A DNA stretch of 64,000 nt from a virus (Duplodnaviria > Caudoviricetes), in the IMG/VR virus record IMGVR_UViG_3300023235_001725. One strand, 5' to 3'. Of the stretch, positions 55,948 through 64,000 are shown piece by piece. Under the pieces are notes generated by a model. That model saw nothing but the letters and a program-made list of their open reading frames with translations. It had not been told where the DNA came from and did not search any database. The translations under genes and the position numbers were made by a program. The first letter of the stretch is position 1; each line of letters opens with the position of its first letter.

Positions 55948-56306
55948 GACTCTTATTTTTTGTTTGTTTCTGAACCTACTTCTTCAACTTCCGTGCCATC
56001 TGATATTAGATGTCATTTTGTCAGGCTGTAGAGTTGGCTCTCAATACAATCTACGACAAAGATATAAAAAAGTTTCACTTATTTCAATCTTTTTTTGAAA
56101 ATAAATCATCCGACAGCCCTGAGAAGTCCATTCCCTTTGTGTTTTCAGAGATTTCATCATTACTCTCAAATTCTGTATTTATTGCAACTCCTCTTCTTTT
56201 TTTATACTCGGAACGGACTCTTTTCGTCAGTGTTGTCTGCTCCTAGTCCGCTAACAAGTACCTGACAAAGGAAGCTGCAATACTGGCAGCAATGCGTCTT
56301 TGTTTT

Positions 56307-56600
56307 TTACCAATCATAATTGCTTACCCCGTGAAGGAGTAGGAAGAATAACAACCATCCACCACCACTCTTATCTAGGGAGTATAGAGCGACTGCTCCT
56401 GCAATCAACCCCAAAGGAACTATGTTTTTCTTTAACACTTCCGCGAAAGATTTGTCGTTTTTCGCGCTTGCTTCTGCTTCATCTAGTGCCGCAGCGGTTT
56501 TTTTCCTCAAATCAACAACCGTAGTTGCCTCCGTTTTGAGATTTAATTCATTCAACGCTGATTCCAGCTCTTTGAATTTAGGTCTATTCTTTGCGCTCAT
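56307..56600 (-). CDS. Hypothetical membrane protein
   Basis: C-terminal hydrophobic segments. Confidence 0.65.
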   Translation of the reverse strand: MSAKNRPKFKELESALNELNLKTEATTVVDLRKKTAAALDEAEASAKNDKSFAEVLKKNIVPLGLIAGAVALYSLDKSGGGWLLFFLLLHGVSNYDW

Positions 56601-57054
56601 TTGCTTTTTGTAGTAGGTGTAATGTTATGTCACTCCAGTTTGTAAATCTTTCATCGTGGCCATAATGGATGTGTTCACCACCGTAATCTGGCTGACCGTG
56701 TTCGTTTCCATCATCAACAAGCGCTGCTCCAGAGAGTCTTCCTTTGTAGGATGTAATCGTAAGTTCTTTTAGAAATGATTCCCCAAAGTGTTTTTGGACC
56801 CACATTGCTTTTCCTGTCCAACAGGCATTGTTTCGAATTGAAGGAGCTGTCAGAAATTTAATGTCGTAGTGGTCTTTAAGTTTTTCGTAAGCCTCCATAA
56901 ATCCAAACATAGGGTCAAGATTAATCCAGAAATCCAAATGTGAATGTGGGAACTGTTCATCAGGATGTCTTTTTCGCCACTCTGATGTACCTTTCGCAAA
57001 ATCAACTGCACAATGGTCCATGTCTATGTCTATGATTGGTCTTAAGTTTTTCAT
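56584..57054 (-). CDS. 5'(3')-deoxyribonucleotidase (HAD, NT5C type)
   Basis: IDIDMD, FLTAPS, KAMWVQKHFG, LVDD. Confidence 0.85.
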   Translation of the reverse strand: MKNLRPIIDIDMDHCAVDFAKGTSEWRKRHPDEQFPHSHLDFWINLDPMFGFMEAYEKLKDHYDIKFLTAPSIRNNACWTGKAMWVQKHFGESFLKELTITSYKGRLSGAALVDDGNEHGQPDYGGEHIHYGHDERFTNWSDITLHLLQKANERKE

Positions 57055-57242
57055 ATAATTTTATTCACATTGCCAGGGTTTGAGCTCCTGGTAGATAGCG
57101 TTTGTTGGTAATTTTACTCTTCCTTCAAGGCTTCGTCTATTCTTTTTATTAATCTTTCAGCCTCATTGCCTCCATCATCCCAAGGCTGTATGAAGTTTGC
57201 ACAATCAATTAATAATTGTTTAATTTTATTGGTCATGCAGCG

Positions 57243-57452
57243 TTAGGTATCGATTCTCATTTTAGATAAAGACCTTGTTAAGTCTAAAGACGCTCTTTTT
57301 AAGGCTCCAGAAGTTTTGTCTCCTCTAATCCAGGAATGTTTGGGGTTTTTTTCAAAAAGGTGTTTATTTGAATCACTTTTTTTGAATTCTTTCAATCTTT
57401 TTAGAAATCTTTCTATTTCCGATTCAACTTCTTTTATATTTTCTATTCTCAT
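57243..57452 (-). CDS. Hypothetical phage protein
   Basis: 69 aa; SGALKRASLDLTRSLSKMR. Confidence 0.65.
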   Translation of the reverse strand: MRIENIKEVESEIERFLKRLKEFKKSDSNKHLFEKNPKHSWIRGDKTSGALKRASLDLTRSLSKMRIDT

Positions 57453-57506
57453 AATGAGGAAAAGTTTTTAGCTGATTGCAGCTTTAAAATAAATGCTAAG
57501 ATACAG

Positions 57507-57728
57507 TTAAGATTTTGTTTTTTCGTCACAGTCTGAGTGGTACTGTTGCTCGTCTTTCGGAGAAGTTTCTATTTGATATCTTAATAGTTTTTCCGCAACT
57601 GTTTTTAGATATTCAATTTCTTCTTCTCCCATTGCACAGCTTGCTTTCGTTTCTTGTAAGTGAGATTTAAGTCGTCTTGCAAATGTTTTGTCGTTTATTA
57701 TTCTGTTTTCTTTAATTGGATTTTCCAT
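57507..57728 (-). CDS. Hypothetical protein
   Basis: 73-aa ORF, CGTATAT upstream. Confidence 0.6.
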   Translation of the reverse strand: MENPIKENRIINDKTFARRLKSHLQETKASCAMGEEEIEYLKTVAEKLLRYQIETSPKDEQQYHSDCDEKTKS

Positions 57729-57828
57729 TTTGATTTTTATATATACGGTAATATATAAAAAAAGTTACATAAATCAATAGTTTGGAAACCACTATTTCTT
57801 TACAGGCTATTTATTAAAAACGAAATAC

Positions 57829-58098
57829 ATGAAAGCTTTTAAACAATTCTGGCGAGACCTTTTTACAAAAGATTTCTGGGACTTCACACTCTTGAGCAAG
57901 TCTAAAAAATGGAGACTTGTTCTTGTTACAGCACTTGTGACTTATGCCATTTTCTCATGCATTAAAGATTTTCCAAGTGTTGGTTGGAAAATAGGCGGCT
58001 CAGCAATAGCTGTTGGTTGGTGGTTTTTAAATGCTGCTCAGCTATACAGCACATATTACAAGGTTACATACAAGCTTAAAACGCAAGATAAAAAATGA
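57829..58098 (+). CDS. Small membrane protein
   Basis: Two TM segments; TATTTATT upstream. Confidence 0.65.
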   Translation: MKAFKQFWRDLFTKDFWDFTLLSKSKKWRLVLVTALVTYAIFSCIKDFPSVGWKIGGSAIAVGWWFLNAAQLYSTYYKVTYKLKTQDKK

Positions 58099-58547
58099 GC
58101 AGAATCCTAAAGGACATGCTTACTGAGACCAGTAAAGGGCGGACAAAGTACAGCCAGGGTCGTATCTACTTGTTCGTTTCCTTTGGTGTTTTTTTTCTCT
58201 TGAATGTCATTTTAGCATTTTGTGCTATTACGAATTATACTCTAGAGGATAAAGACACACTTCTTGTGGTGTCTGAGAACTTGAGATGGGCTTTAGGTAC
58301 GTTTGGACTCTATGTTCTTGGCGGTAAAGGCATTGGTGCTTTTAGGGATAAACAAACTGGAATATCAAATGACTACCAGCACGAAGCTCAATACCCTAGC
58401 GGAGGTTATTATCCGCCATATGGAGGCCACTCGCACCCTGGGGGAGGGAAGCCGACCTTTGATGATGCTGACACATATCACGATGATTATTCAGACTCTC
58501 CTAATGAGGACGAGTATTATGCGCAGGACGATGAAGAGGTGGATTAA
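58095..58547 (+). CDS. Membrane protein (holin-like topology possible)
   Basis: KYSQGRIYLF, two TM helices, acidic tail. Confidence 0.6.
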   Translation: MSRILKDMLTETSKGRTKYSQGRIYLFVSFGVFFLLNVILAFCAITNYTLEDKDTLLVVSENLRWALGTFGLYVLGGKGIGAFRDKQTGISNDYQHEAQYPSGGYYPPYGGHSHPGGGKPTFDDADTYHDDYSDSPNEDEYYAQDDEEVD

Positions 58548-58891
58548 ATTTTTCTACTAAGCGTTTTTTCCCAATCCGACTGGGCTTTTTTACGCTCCAC
58601 TAAGAAGTTGGCGCTAACTTCTTTTTCTTTACATTCAGTTAAAAAAGCATCCTCTATTGAAAGGTCAAACCTAAACCATTCTCTCCAATGATGATTGGCG
58701 GTTTTTGAAATATGCATCAACTGCTCAACCTCTTTGTAATTACAAGTGCTATAGTAGTTTATTAGATGAAGTTGGGTTGGGTTTCCAGTTTGAAGTTCTC
58801 CTAGCCTGGCTTTAGGGTGGTTAGATGTGTGTCCTATTTTATATAGGTCCGTATCTCCTTGTCGCACTAGATAAACATATCCTTTTCTCAT
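58544..58891 (-). CDS. GIY-YIG (T5orf172-like) domain protein
   Basis: Start MRKGYVYLV; YKIGHT, RLGELQTGNP, EWF. Confidence 0.85.
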   Translation of the reverse strand: MRKGYVYLVRQGDTDLYKIGHTSNHPKARLGELQTGNPTQLHLINYYSTCNYKEVEQLMHISKTANHHWREWFRFDLSIEDAFLTECKEKEVSANFLVERKKAQSDWEKTLSRKI

Positions 58892-59062
58892 AAAGAAGAA
58901 TACTCTACATCGATGTAAAAGTAAAGAAAACCCTGCCAAAATTAATCGACAGGGTTTTCTAAAAGCTTTTAATCCTTGTGTGACCTAAGTGATTGGCATC
59001 CACCCGTAGGTGAACCGATGTGTTTTTCGGGGATACACGTTTGCCACAAGTACTATTATCCC

Positions 59063-60583
59063 TTATTCCTTAGTTGCAAGCTCAGCAAAATCAACATAAT
59101 TGTTGATAGTGTTGATAAGCGCTCTTTTGTCGACTTCTAGATTGTCAATGACATCAAAAATCTTTTCAGAGAATCCTCTTAGCGCGAATACGTTCTTCTC
59201 TGGGAACTGCATGCTTCCGCTTGCAGCCAAGTTGAACTCGTAAACTTTACAGTCCTGAGCACCGTACTTCTTCTTGTACGCTGCAAACTGAGTTTTTGGA
59301 GTATTGTACTCCATCCACGCTTGCATGTCCGAGAAGATGAATACACGGTCGTATTTCGCCTTCATCTTAACGAAGATGTCTTGGAAGTTCGTTCCGTGAC
59401 CAACCCTGTACTTGCCAACGTTGCCGTAGCCTTGGTTTGTATCAACAATCCAGTTTGCCATACCCATTACTGAGTCATTCACGTTAACTGGAAGGTACAT
59501 TGCGTGTGTTCCAAACGACATTACATCAGCATCACTAGCCTTGGCCATCATGGCTCCAAATAGAGCTGCCACTTTATTCCTGTAAGTTTTACCTCCAGCA
59601 ATTGGGCAATCCATAGAACCTGACAGGTCAATTACGACTGCAGTGTTTCCATCAAACTTTGGAATGTTAGAACAAGCTAGGTCTACGGCGGTGTTAAGCG
59701 CTCTTTGAACTTTCTTAGACTTTGTTCCAGTCAACACTGTAATCTCGTCGAGTGCAGTGATGTATCTGAATGGAAGAATCAGTGACTTCTTAATTCTTGC
59801 CTCTGTAGTCAACAGCTCGCATGCCTTGTTAAGAACCTCGTCAGAAGCATCTTGGATGATGTTTCTAAGGTTTCTTAGAAGAGCAAACTGTCCAATCTTA
59901 CCTGACATAACCAAGTCAGACCAAGCCTCAGCTTTGTTTGCGGCTTTCTCCTCAGAGGTCTTCGCTCCCTGGCCAGCTGCGGACAGCTTAGACTCGAAAG
60001 TGTTTTCACTCTTTAGGGTTCCAGCAACAAGCTCGGCAAGTGCCTTCTCGTTTCTAGCCGTTCCTTTTGGACGAACCAAGTTTACAACGTCAACAAGCGA
60101 TACTTCATTCTTGTCTCCTCTGTACTTGGCAAGCTGGTATGCATCGAACTTTCCGAAAGCTTTCTTGAAACCTTTCTTTAGCGCGTTTGGCAAAGATGCT
60201 TTCTTACCCTCTCTACCGAAGTAGTAGGACATAATCTCAGTCATGTCGTCTGGACGACGTACAATAGCTGCGTAAAACTCTTTAGCCCAGGCCTTACCTG
60301 AGGCGTGCTTAGCGATTTCACCCGCAAGTACGTGGGTGATAGAACGCATTCCAAACTCGTTACGGGCATAGACAGCCGCCTTTGCTGCGAACTCTGGGTC
60401 CACTTTGCTAAGAACGGATGTCAACTCCTTTATTTGGTCTCCTGCCTTCGAATAGAAGTCATCAGACACAAACGAGTTCAACAGAATCGTCACAAGCTCT
60501 AACTCTGGAGTCGACTTATAAGCCTCTCCTCCCGCTTTGTTGGTAGTCATTTCTACCTTTGATTTTTCGTTAAATTTTGACAT
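59063..60583 (-). CDS. TROVE-domain Ro60-like RNA-binding protein
   Basis: Start MSKFNEK; NKAGGEAY, ARNEFGMRS, FDAYQLAKYR, ALLRNLRN, vWA DLSGSM, FSDMQ, GFSEKIF. Confidence 0.95.
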   Translation of the reverse strand: MSKFNEKSKVEMTTNKAGGEAYKSTPELELVTILLNSFVSDDFYSKAGDQIKELTSVLSKVDPEFAAKAAVYARNEFGMRSITHVLAGEIAKHASGKAWAKEFYAAIVRRPDDMTEIMSYYFGREGKKASLPNALKKGFKKAFGKFDAYQLAKYRGDKNEVSLVDVVNLVRPKGTARNEKALAELVAGTLKSENTFESKLSAAGQGAKTSEEKAANKAEAWSDLVMSGKIGQFALLRNLRNIIQDASDEVLNKACELLTTEARIKKSLILPFRYITALDEITVLTGTKSKKVQRALNTAVDLACSNIPKFDGNTAVVIDLSGSMDCPIAGGKTYRNKVAALFGAMMAKASDADVMSFGTHAMYLPVNVNDSVMGMANWIVDTNQGYGNVGKYRVGHGTNFQDIFVKMKAKYDRVFIFSDMQAWMEYNTPKTQFAAYKKKYGAQDCKVYEFNLAASGSMQFPEKNVFALRGFSEKIFDVIDNLEVDKRALINTINNYVDFAELATKE

Positions 60584-60635
60584 CTCGTCGTTGTTTATAA
60601 TTGTTGTTATTCTATTAATTCTTTGTTTTTGGCGC

Positions 60636-60675
60636 ATAAAAAAAAAGCACCACATCTTTGCAGAGGGTGCTTTTT
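60636..60675 (-). terminator. Terminator-like hairpin between Y-like RNAs and the TROVE start
   Basis: AAAAAGCACC...GGTGCTTTTT with U-run on minus strand. Confidence 0.55.
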
Positions 60676-60696
60676 CGAAAAATATAATGCCTTGGT

Positions 60697-60760
60697 CGGG
60701 TAATCCTGGAGAGAGTGGTTTTTCTATTTGTAGTTGAAGTAACTCATCTCCTTAACACCG
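60697..60760 (-). ncRNA. Y-RNA-like small RNA
   Basis: CGG-TGTTAA-GGAGATGAGT-TACTTC...ACTCTCTCC-AGGATTAC-CCG; covarying with 10580-10642. Confidence 0.65.
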
Positions 60761-60778
60761 TAAGGCAAATAACTGTTC

Positions 60779-61041
60779 GAGGTAAAATAGAGGGGGGTGA
60801 TAAGGTTGAAAGTTCTTTCTCTTTCGGTCATACGGTCTACCGTAATCGTGATTGTACTGTTCCAATCCGTCACCAGCTCATTAATGGCTGAAAATCCAAG
60901 TCTATCCTTGGTGTCTGGGTTTCTGTTTATGGTCTTTTCGAAACGGTCTTTCGACTATTCCAAAAAAGCCTGTTTGCTTGTTTGTTTATAGTTGAAGTAA
61001 CCCCTAGGAAACGTCAAAAACGTTCACACCTCTCAACACTC
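60779..61041 (-). ncRNA. Long Y-RNA-like RNA
   Basis: GAG-TGTTGA-GAGGTGTG...CACCCCCCTCT-ATTTTAC-CTC terminal bulged stem enclosing about 220 nt incl. GGTTACTTC. Confidence 0.5.
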
Positions 61042-61380
61042 TGAAAGTCGTAAACTCTTGGTATATTTTGGAAAAAAATTGTTAAATGTGGAAATGAAGT
61101 AACTCTCTTTACCATTCTTACCTTAAGTTGTATTTCAATATGGCAATCGGAACCGTTGTTCCTACCAGTGAAATTAAATAGGGACAAATTTTAGAAACTC
61201 GTCTCTCGTTCAATCGCTCTGCAAATATAATTATGTTTTTGGAAACCACAAGCATAATTGCAAAAAAAATATACTTTTCTTATAACTATCTGACTATTAG
61301 GGTTAAAAGATTACAGCGGTGGAATAATTTATGAGTCTTTAGATATTATCGTTATAGATTCATATTTATAGAAAAGAAAA

Positions 61381-61656
61381 GTGATGAGCGAGAAGCAAGA
61401 ACAACCAGATAGCGCACCTGATGCGCCACAAACTCCGCAGACTACGGAATTTCAAATAGAAGAATCGGGAGAAGTAAGCATGCTTGAAATGGCTTGCCTT
61501 ATCAACAGTATTTTAGATTATTATACAGACGAGTCTGAAATTGATGGCGATGATTGGAAAAAGAAGACAGGCGTTGTCAAGGGGTTTGTTCCAGAAAGCG
61601 TTGATAAAGAAGTTGAAAAAGCTTTTGTGGCTCAGTTGAGAAAGTTTCAAGACTGA
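61381..61656 (+). CDS. Hypothetical late protein
   Basis: TATTTATA upstream; acidic 91 aa. Confidence 0.65.
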   Translation: MMSEKQEQPDSAPDAPQTPQTTEFQIEESGEVSMLEMACLINSILDYYTDESEIDGDDWKKKTGVVKGFVPESVDKEVEKAFVAQLRKFQD

Positions 61657-61659
61657 TGT

Positions 61660-62520
61660 ATGTTCGAAGATACTAATCTACACTTGTTTTTAGCAGCAAC
61701 TGTCCCAGCGTTAAGTTATTTGGGTTTTATCTACTTTTTTGGTCGAAAACTAATCAACTGGAAATCATCTATCATATATCTCCTTTTCGGATTTGTGTCC
61801 ATTTTTTTTGTAGAAATGATTCAGTTTATTTTCCCACATATTCAAGACTTAATGTTCGTGAATAAAGATTTGGTGGAGATTGATTTTAATACAATGCAAG
61901 TAAACTACTCTCCTACCGTGTGGAGTTGGGTGTGTTTAGCTTTCATTCAAATTGCTTTGCTAGAAGAAATTATTAAGGGGGCAGCTTTTAAACTTACTTC
62001 ACTGCCTAGACGTCACAAGCTACGGAAAGAGAAGGACTCTTTGTTCGCAATCATGTTTTATAGTTGTTGCGTGGCTGTGGGGTTTGCAATTTTTGAAAAT
62101 GTTACCTATGCCATGAGATTCCTTCCTGCTCAAGGAGATGTTGCTACTCAATATTTAATGTCTCAACGTAGTATTTTTTCAGTCACCTCACACATGATAG
62201 CAGGATTAATTATGGGCTATGGTTTTGCTGTAGGTAGCATTAAGTCTGGGTTTAGGAAGATTCTCTATCCCTTAATTGGTTTTTTTGGAGGAATGATGTA
62301 TCACGGGACTTTTGACTACTTACTAATAACTGCCGATAGCCACGAGTCGTTTGAACTGTTTAAAGGATACTTTATCCATCTGCCAACAACAATGTTGATG
62401 GTTATGAGTCTGGTGTTTACATTTCTATTGGGGTCGCATCTTCGCTCTTACTCGTTGCGGTATAATAGAGTTCATCGAAAACGAAAACTATCAACTCTAA
62501 AAATGAAAAGCTCTGATTAA
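61660..62520 (+). CDS. PrsW-family intramembrane metalloprotease
   Basis: LLEEIIKG, GFAIFEN, SHMIAG, YHGTFD. Confidence 0.88.
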   Translation: MFEDTNLHLFLAATVPALSYLGFIYFFGRKLINWKSSIIYLLFGFVSIFFVEMIQFIFPHIQDLMFVNKDLVEIDFNTMQVNYSPTVWSWVCLAFIQIALLEEIIKGAAFKLTSLPRRHKLRKEKDSLFAIMFYSCCVAVGFAIFENVTYAMRFLPAQGDVATQYLMSQRSIFSVTSHMIAGLIMGYGFAVGSIKSGFRKILYPLIGFFGGMMYHGTFDYLLITADSHESFELFKGYFIHLPTTMLMVMSLVFTFLLGSHLRSYSLRYNRVHRKRKLSTLKMKSSD

Positions 62521-62956
62521 GGTCTGAAAGAATAATGACACCGTCGTGGTTCTTTATAGAAAAGCGCGTGTTTATATCTAAGGTTAAGTCTCGAAACATC
62601 TTTCTAGGCTCTTCTCCTTCTTTGAGGGTGAAGTCTGCAAAAAAAGGATTTATTACTTCATTTTCGTGAGATACAACTATTTCTCTCCTGACTGTGATAT
62701 TAGAAACATCTTGAAAAAAAGACATATCCATAGCGGAGTAAACGGTGTTCACCACATAGTAATCCTCGCAAGTATAATTTTCAATAAAGTCCTTTATGTG
62801 AAACATTAAGTTCATTATCTCCGCTACAGTCACTCCTGGGTCGATAAATGTTTTCTCTGATAGATTTGCCAGTAAAAAGCTGGGTAGCTCATCGCCACCC
62901 AGCTTTACTGTCTGCCCGTCAAACTCTAGTACGTTATTCGGCTTTATTTTTAGCAT
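62417..62956 (-). CDS. Hypothetical protein
   Basis: 179 aa directly after the Clp ATPase. Confidence 0.7.
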   Translation of the reverse strand: MLKIKPNNVLEFDGQTVKLGGDELPSFLLANLSEKTFIDPGVTVAEIMNLMFHIKDFIENYTCEDYYVVNTVYSAMDMSFFQDVSNITVRREIVVSHENEVINPFFADFTLKEGEEPRKMFRDLTLDINTRFSIKNHDGVIILSDLNQSFSFLELIVFVFDELYYTATSKSEDATPIEM

Positions 62957-64000
62957 TCGTATTTCTTTTTTGGATAAACACCTTTTTATCTTTCTCTCTA
63001 TAAGAGAAGGTTATTGAGGCTCCTTCTTTTATTTCGCCCTTGAGGACAGCTTGCGCAAAAGTGTTCTCCAAATGTGATGTTATAGCTCTTTTAAGGGGTC
63101 TTGCTCCAAACTTCTTATCATAACCTACGTCTGCTATGAAATCTTTCACACTGTCTGACACTTTAACCTTATAACCTCTTTGTTCAATTCTGCTTATAAC
63201 AACTTGTAGTTCCAAGCTAACAATGTCCATTATCTCGTCCTTTGTAAGTGGCATGAAGATTATTTTCTCGTCAATGCGGTTGATTAGCTCTGGTCTGAAA
63301 AAATTTCCAAGCTCTCCCATGATAAGTTTCTCAATATCTTCTTGCTCTGTTTCTTTTGCAGCAAATCCAAGTGATTTATTCTTAAACAGCTTATCAGTTC
63401 CAATATTTGATGTCATAATGATGACAGTGTTTTTAAAGTTAATCTCTTGCCCATGATTATCCGTCAGTTTGCCTTCGTCAAAAATTTGAAGCATAATATT
63501 GAATACGTCTGGATGCGCTTTCTCTATTTCATCAAACAATAGTATGGAGTAAGGTTGGTTCTTAATTTTTTCAGTCAACAAACCCTTGTCTTCATGGCCA
63601 ATGTAACCAGGGGGAGACCCAATCAACTTAGCGACCGATATCTTCTCCATGTATTCACTCATATCAAACCTAATGAAAGACTCTGGGAGGTCAAACATGT
63701 ACTCAGCTAGCATTTTGCTTAAGTATGTCTTACCTACTCCTGTTGAACCTAAAAACAATAAAGATGCAATTGGTTTGTTTGGGTCCTGTATGCCTACGCG
63801 AGACCTTTGGACTGCCTCACAAATTTTTTCAATAGCTACTTTCTGTCCGATGACTCTATCTGAAAGGTATGTTTGCATTTTCAAGAGCTTATTGCTTTCA
63901 TTATCTGTAAGCTTAGACACAGGTATACCTGTGTGGGATGCGATGATTGCTGCTACGTCTTTTTTTGTGATAGGTTGTTTGTCATCTTTTAAGGACTGCT
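62934..64000 (-). CDS. ClpA/B/C-family ATPase, C-terminal AAA+ module (5' partial)
   Basis: Frame open to window edge (...IASHTGIPVSKL); GSTGVGKT, RFDMSEY, FDEIEKAH, FRPELINRID, GARP. Confidence 0.93.
   Translation of the reverse strand, partial: QSLKDDKQPITKKDVAAIIASHTGIPVSKLTDNESNKLLKMQTYLSDRVIGQKVAIEKICEAVQRSRVGIQDPNKPIASLLFLGSTGVGKTYLSKMLAEYMFDLPESFIRFDMSEYMEKISVAKLIGSPPGYIGHEDKGLLTEKIKNQPYSILLFDEIEKAHPDVFNIMLQIFDEGKLTDNHGQEINFKNTVIIMTSNIGTDKLFKNKSLGFAAKETEQEDIEKLIMGELGNFFRPELINRIDEKIIFMPLTKDEIMDIVSLELQVVISRIEQRGYKVKVSDSVKDFIADVGYDKKFGARPLKRAITSHLENTFAQAVLKGEIKEGASITFSYREKDKKVFIQKRNTNAKNKAE

Noticed and set aside
56084-56317. 78-codon minus-strand frame interrupted by TAG (MIGKKQRR...LLAD*EQTT...)
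   Set aside because: No recognisable family to show the stop is internal; could be two short ORFs or a nonsense mutation; no CTA-anticodon tRNA in the window
58965-59060. c-di-GMP-I riboswitch (GGCAAAC...GAAA)
   Set aside because: Second stem and spacing do not fit, and it lies 3' of a gene rather than in a leader
540-63456. Numerous 60-220-aa ORFs antisense to long genes (e.g. 6907-7569, 14426-14740, 59757-60224)
   Set aside because: Shadow frames of well-supported genes with no motifs of their own
1-64000. Genome-wide stop-codon reassignment
   Set aside because: ClpB, DNA ligase, Cas3, RfbC and TROVE are full length in code 11, and TAA, TAG and TGA all serve as stops

Overview
This 64-kb window is a segment of a jumbo/huge bacteriophage genome, most likely infecting a Bacteroidota host. 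Evidence: TAnnTTTG promoters, A-rich leaders without Shine-Dalgarno motifs, a TonB-dependent receptor, T4-like DNA ligase and gp21-like genes, TATTTATA late-promoter-like motifs, and mostly minus-strand genes. It carries ClpB/Clp/AAA+ chaperones, a TBDR+PnuC uptake pair, a NitT/TauT ABC-OmpA-PspA cluster, Nudix/HD/nucleotidase enzymes, three DNA methyltransferase-like genes, an RNA ligase, Ro60 (TROVE) and 18 near-canonical tRNAs. The most unusual content is non-coding. (1) Two leader-peptide transcription attenuators sit in front of the two main tRNA clusters, and their control codons match the tRNAs downstream (A-P-D-Y for Ala/Pro/Asp/Tyr; W-S-S-S-R-W-S-S-R for Trp/Ser/Arg), suggesting the phage senses host tRNA loss and switches on replacements. 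(2) A 1-kb array holds six 46-54-nt mini-tRNAs, two tRNAs with 9-nt anticodon loops and two tRNA-Ile genes with insertions sharing a hairpin. It lies behind a Pth2-like gene with an in-frame TAA, and an ochre-suppressor (UUA) tRNA is nearby. (3) A stand-alone mimic of the 23S rRNA uL11-binding region heads about 500 nt of structured RNA. (4) Y-RNA-like repeats occur upstream of Ro60 and in a tRNA cluster. (5) A compact hybrid CRISPR-Cas (cas3-cas7fv-cas5fv-cas6; no cas8, cas1 or cas2) is followed by a 29-repeat array with 36/30-nt type VI-B-like repeats. (6) An integron-like array of 8-9 cassettes with attC-type sites and an internally deleted IS200/IS605 element. All calls are by eye from the sequence and remembered family motifs; no searches were run.
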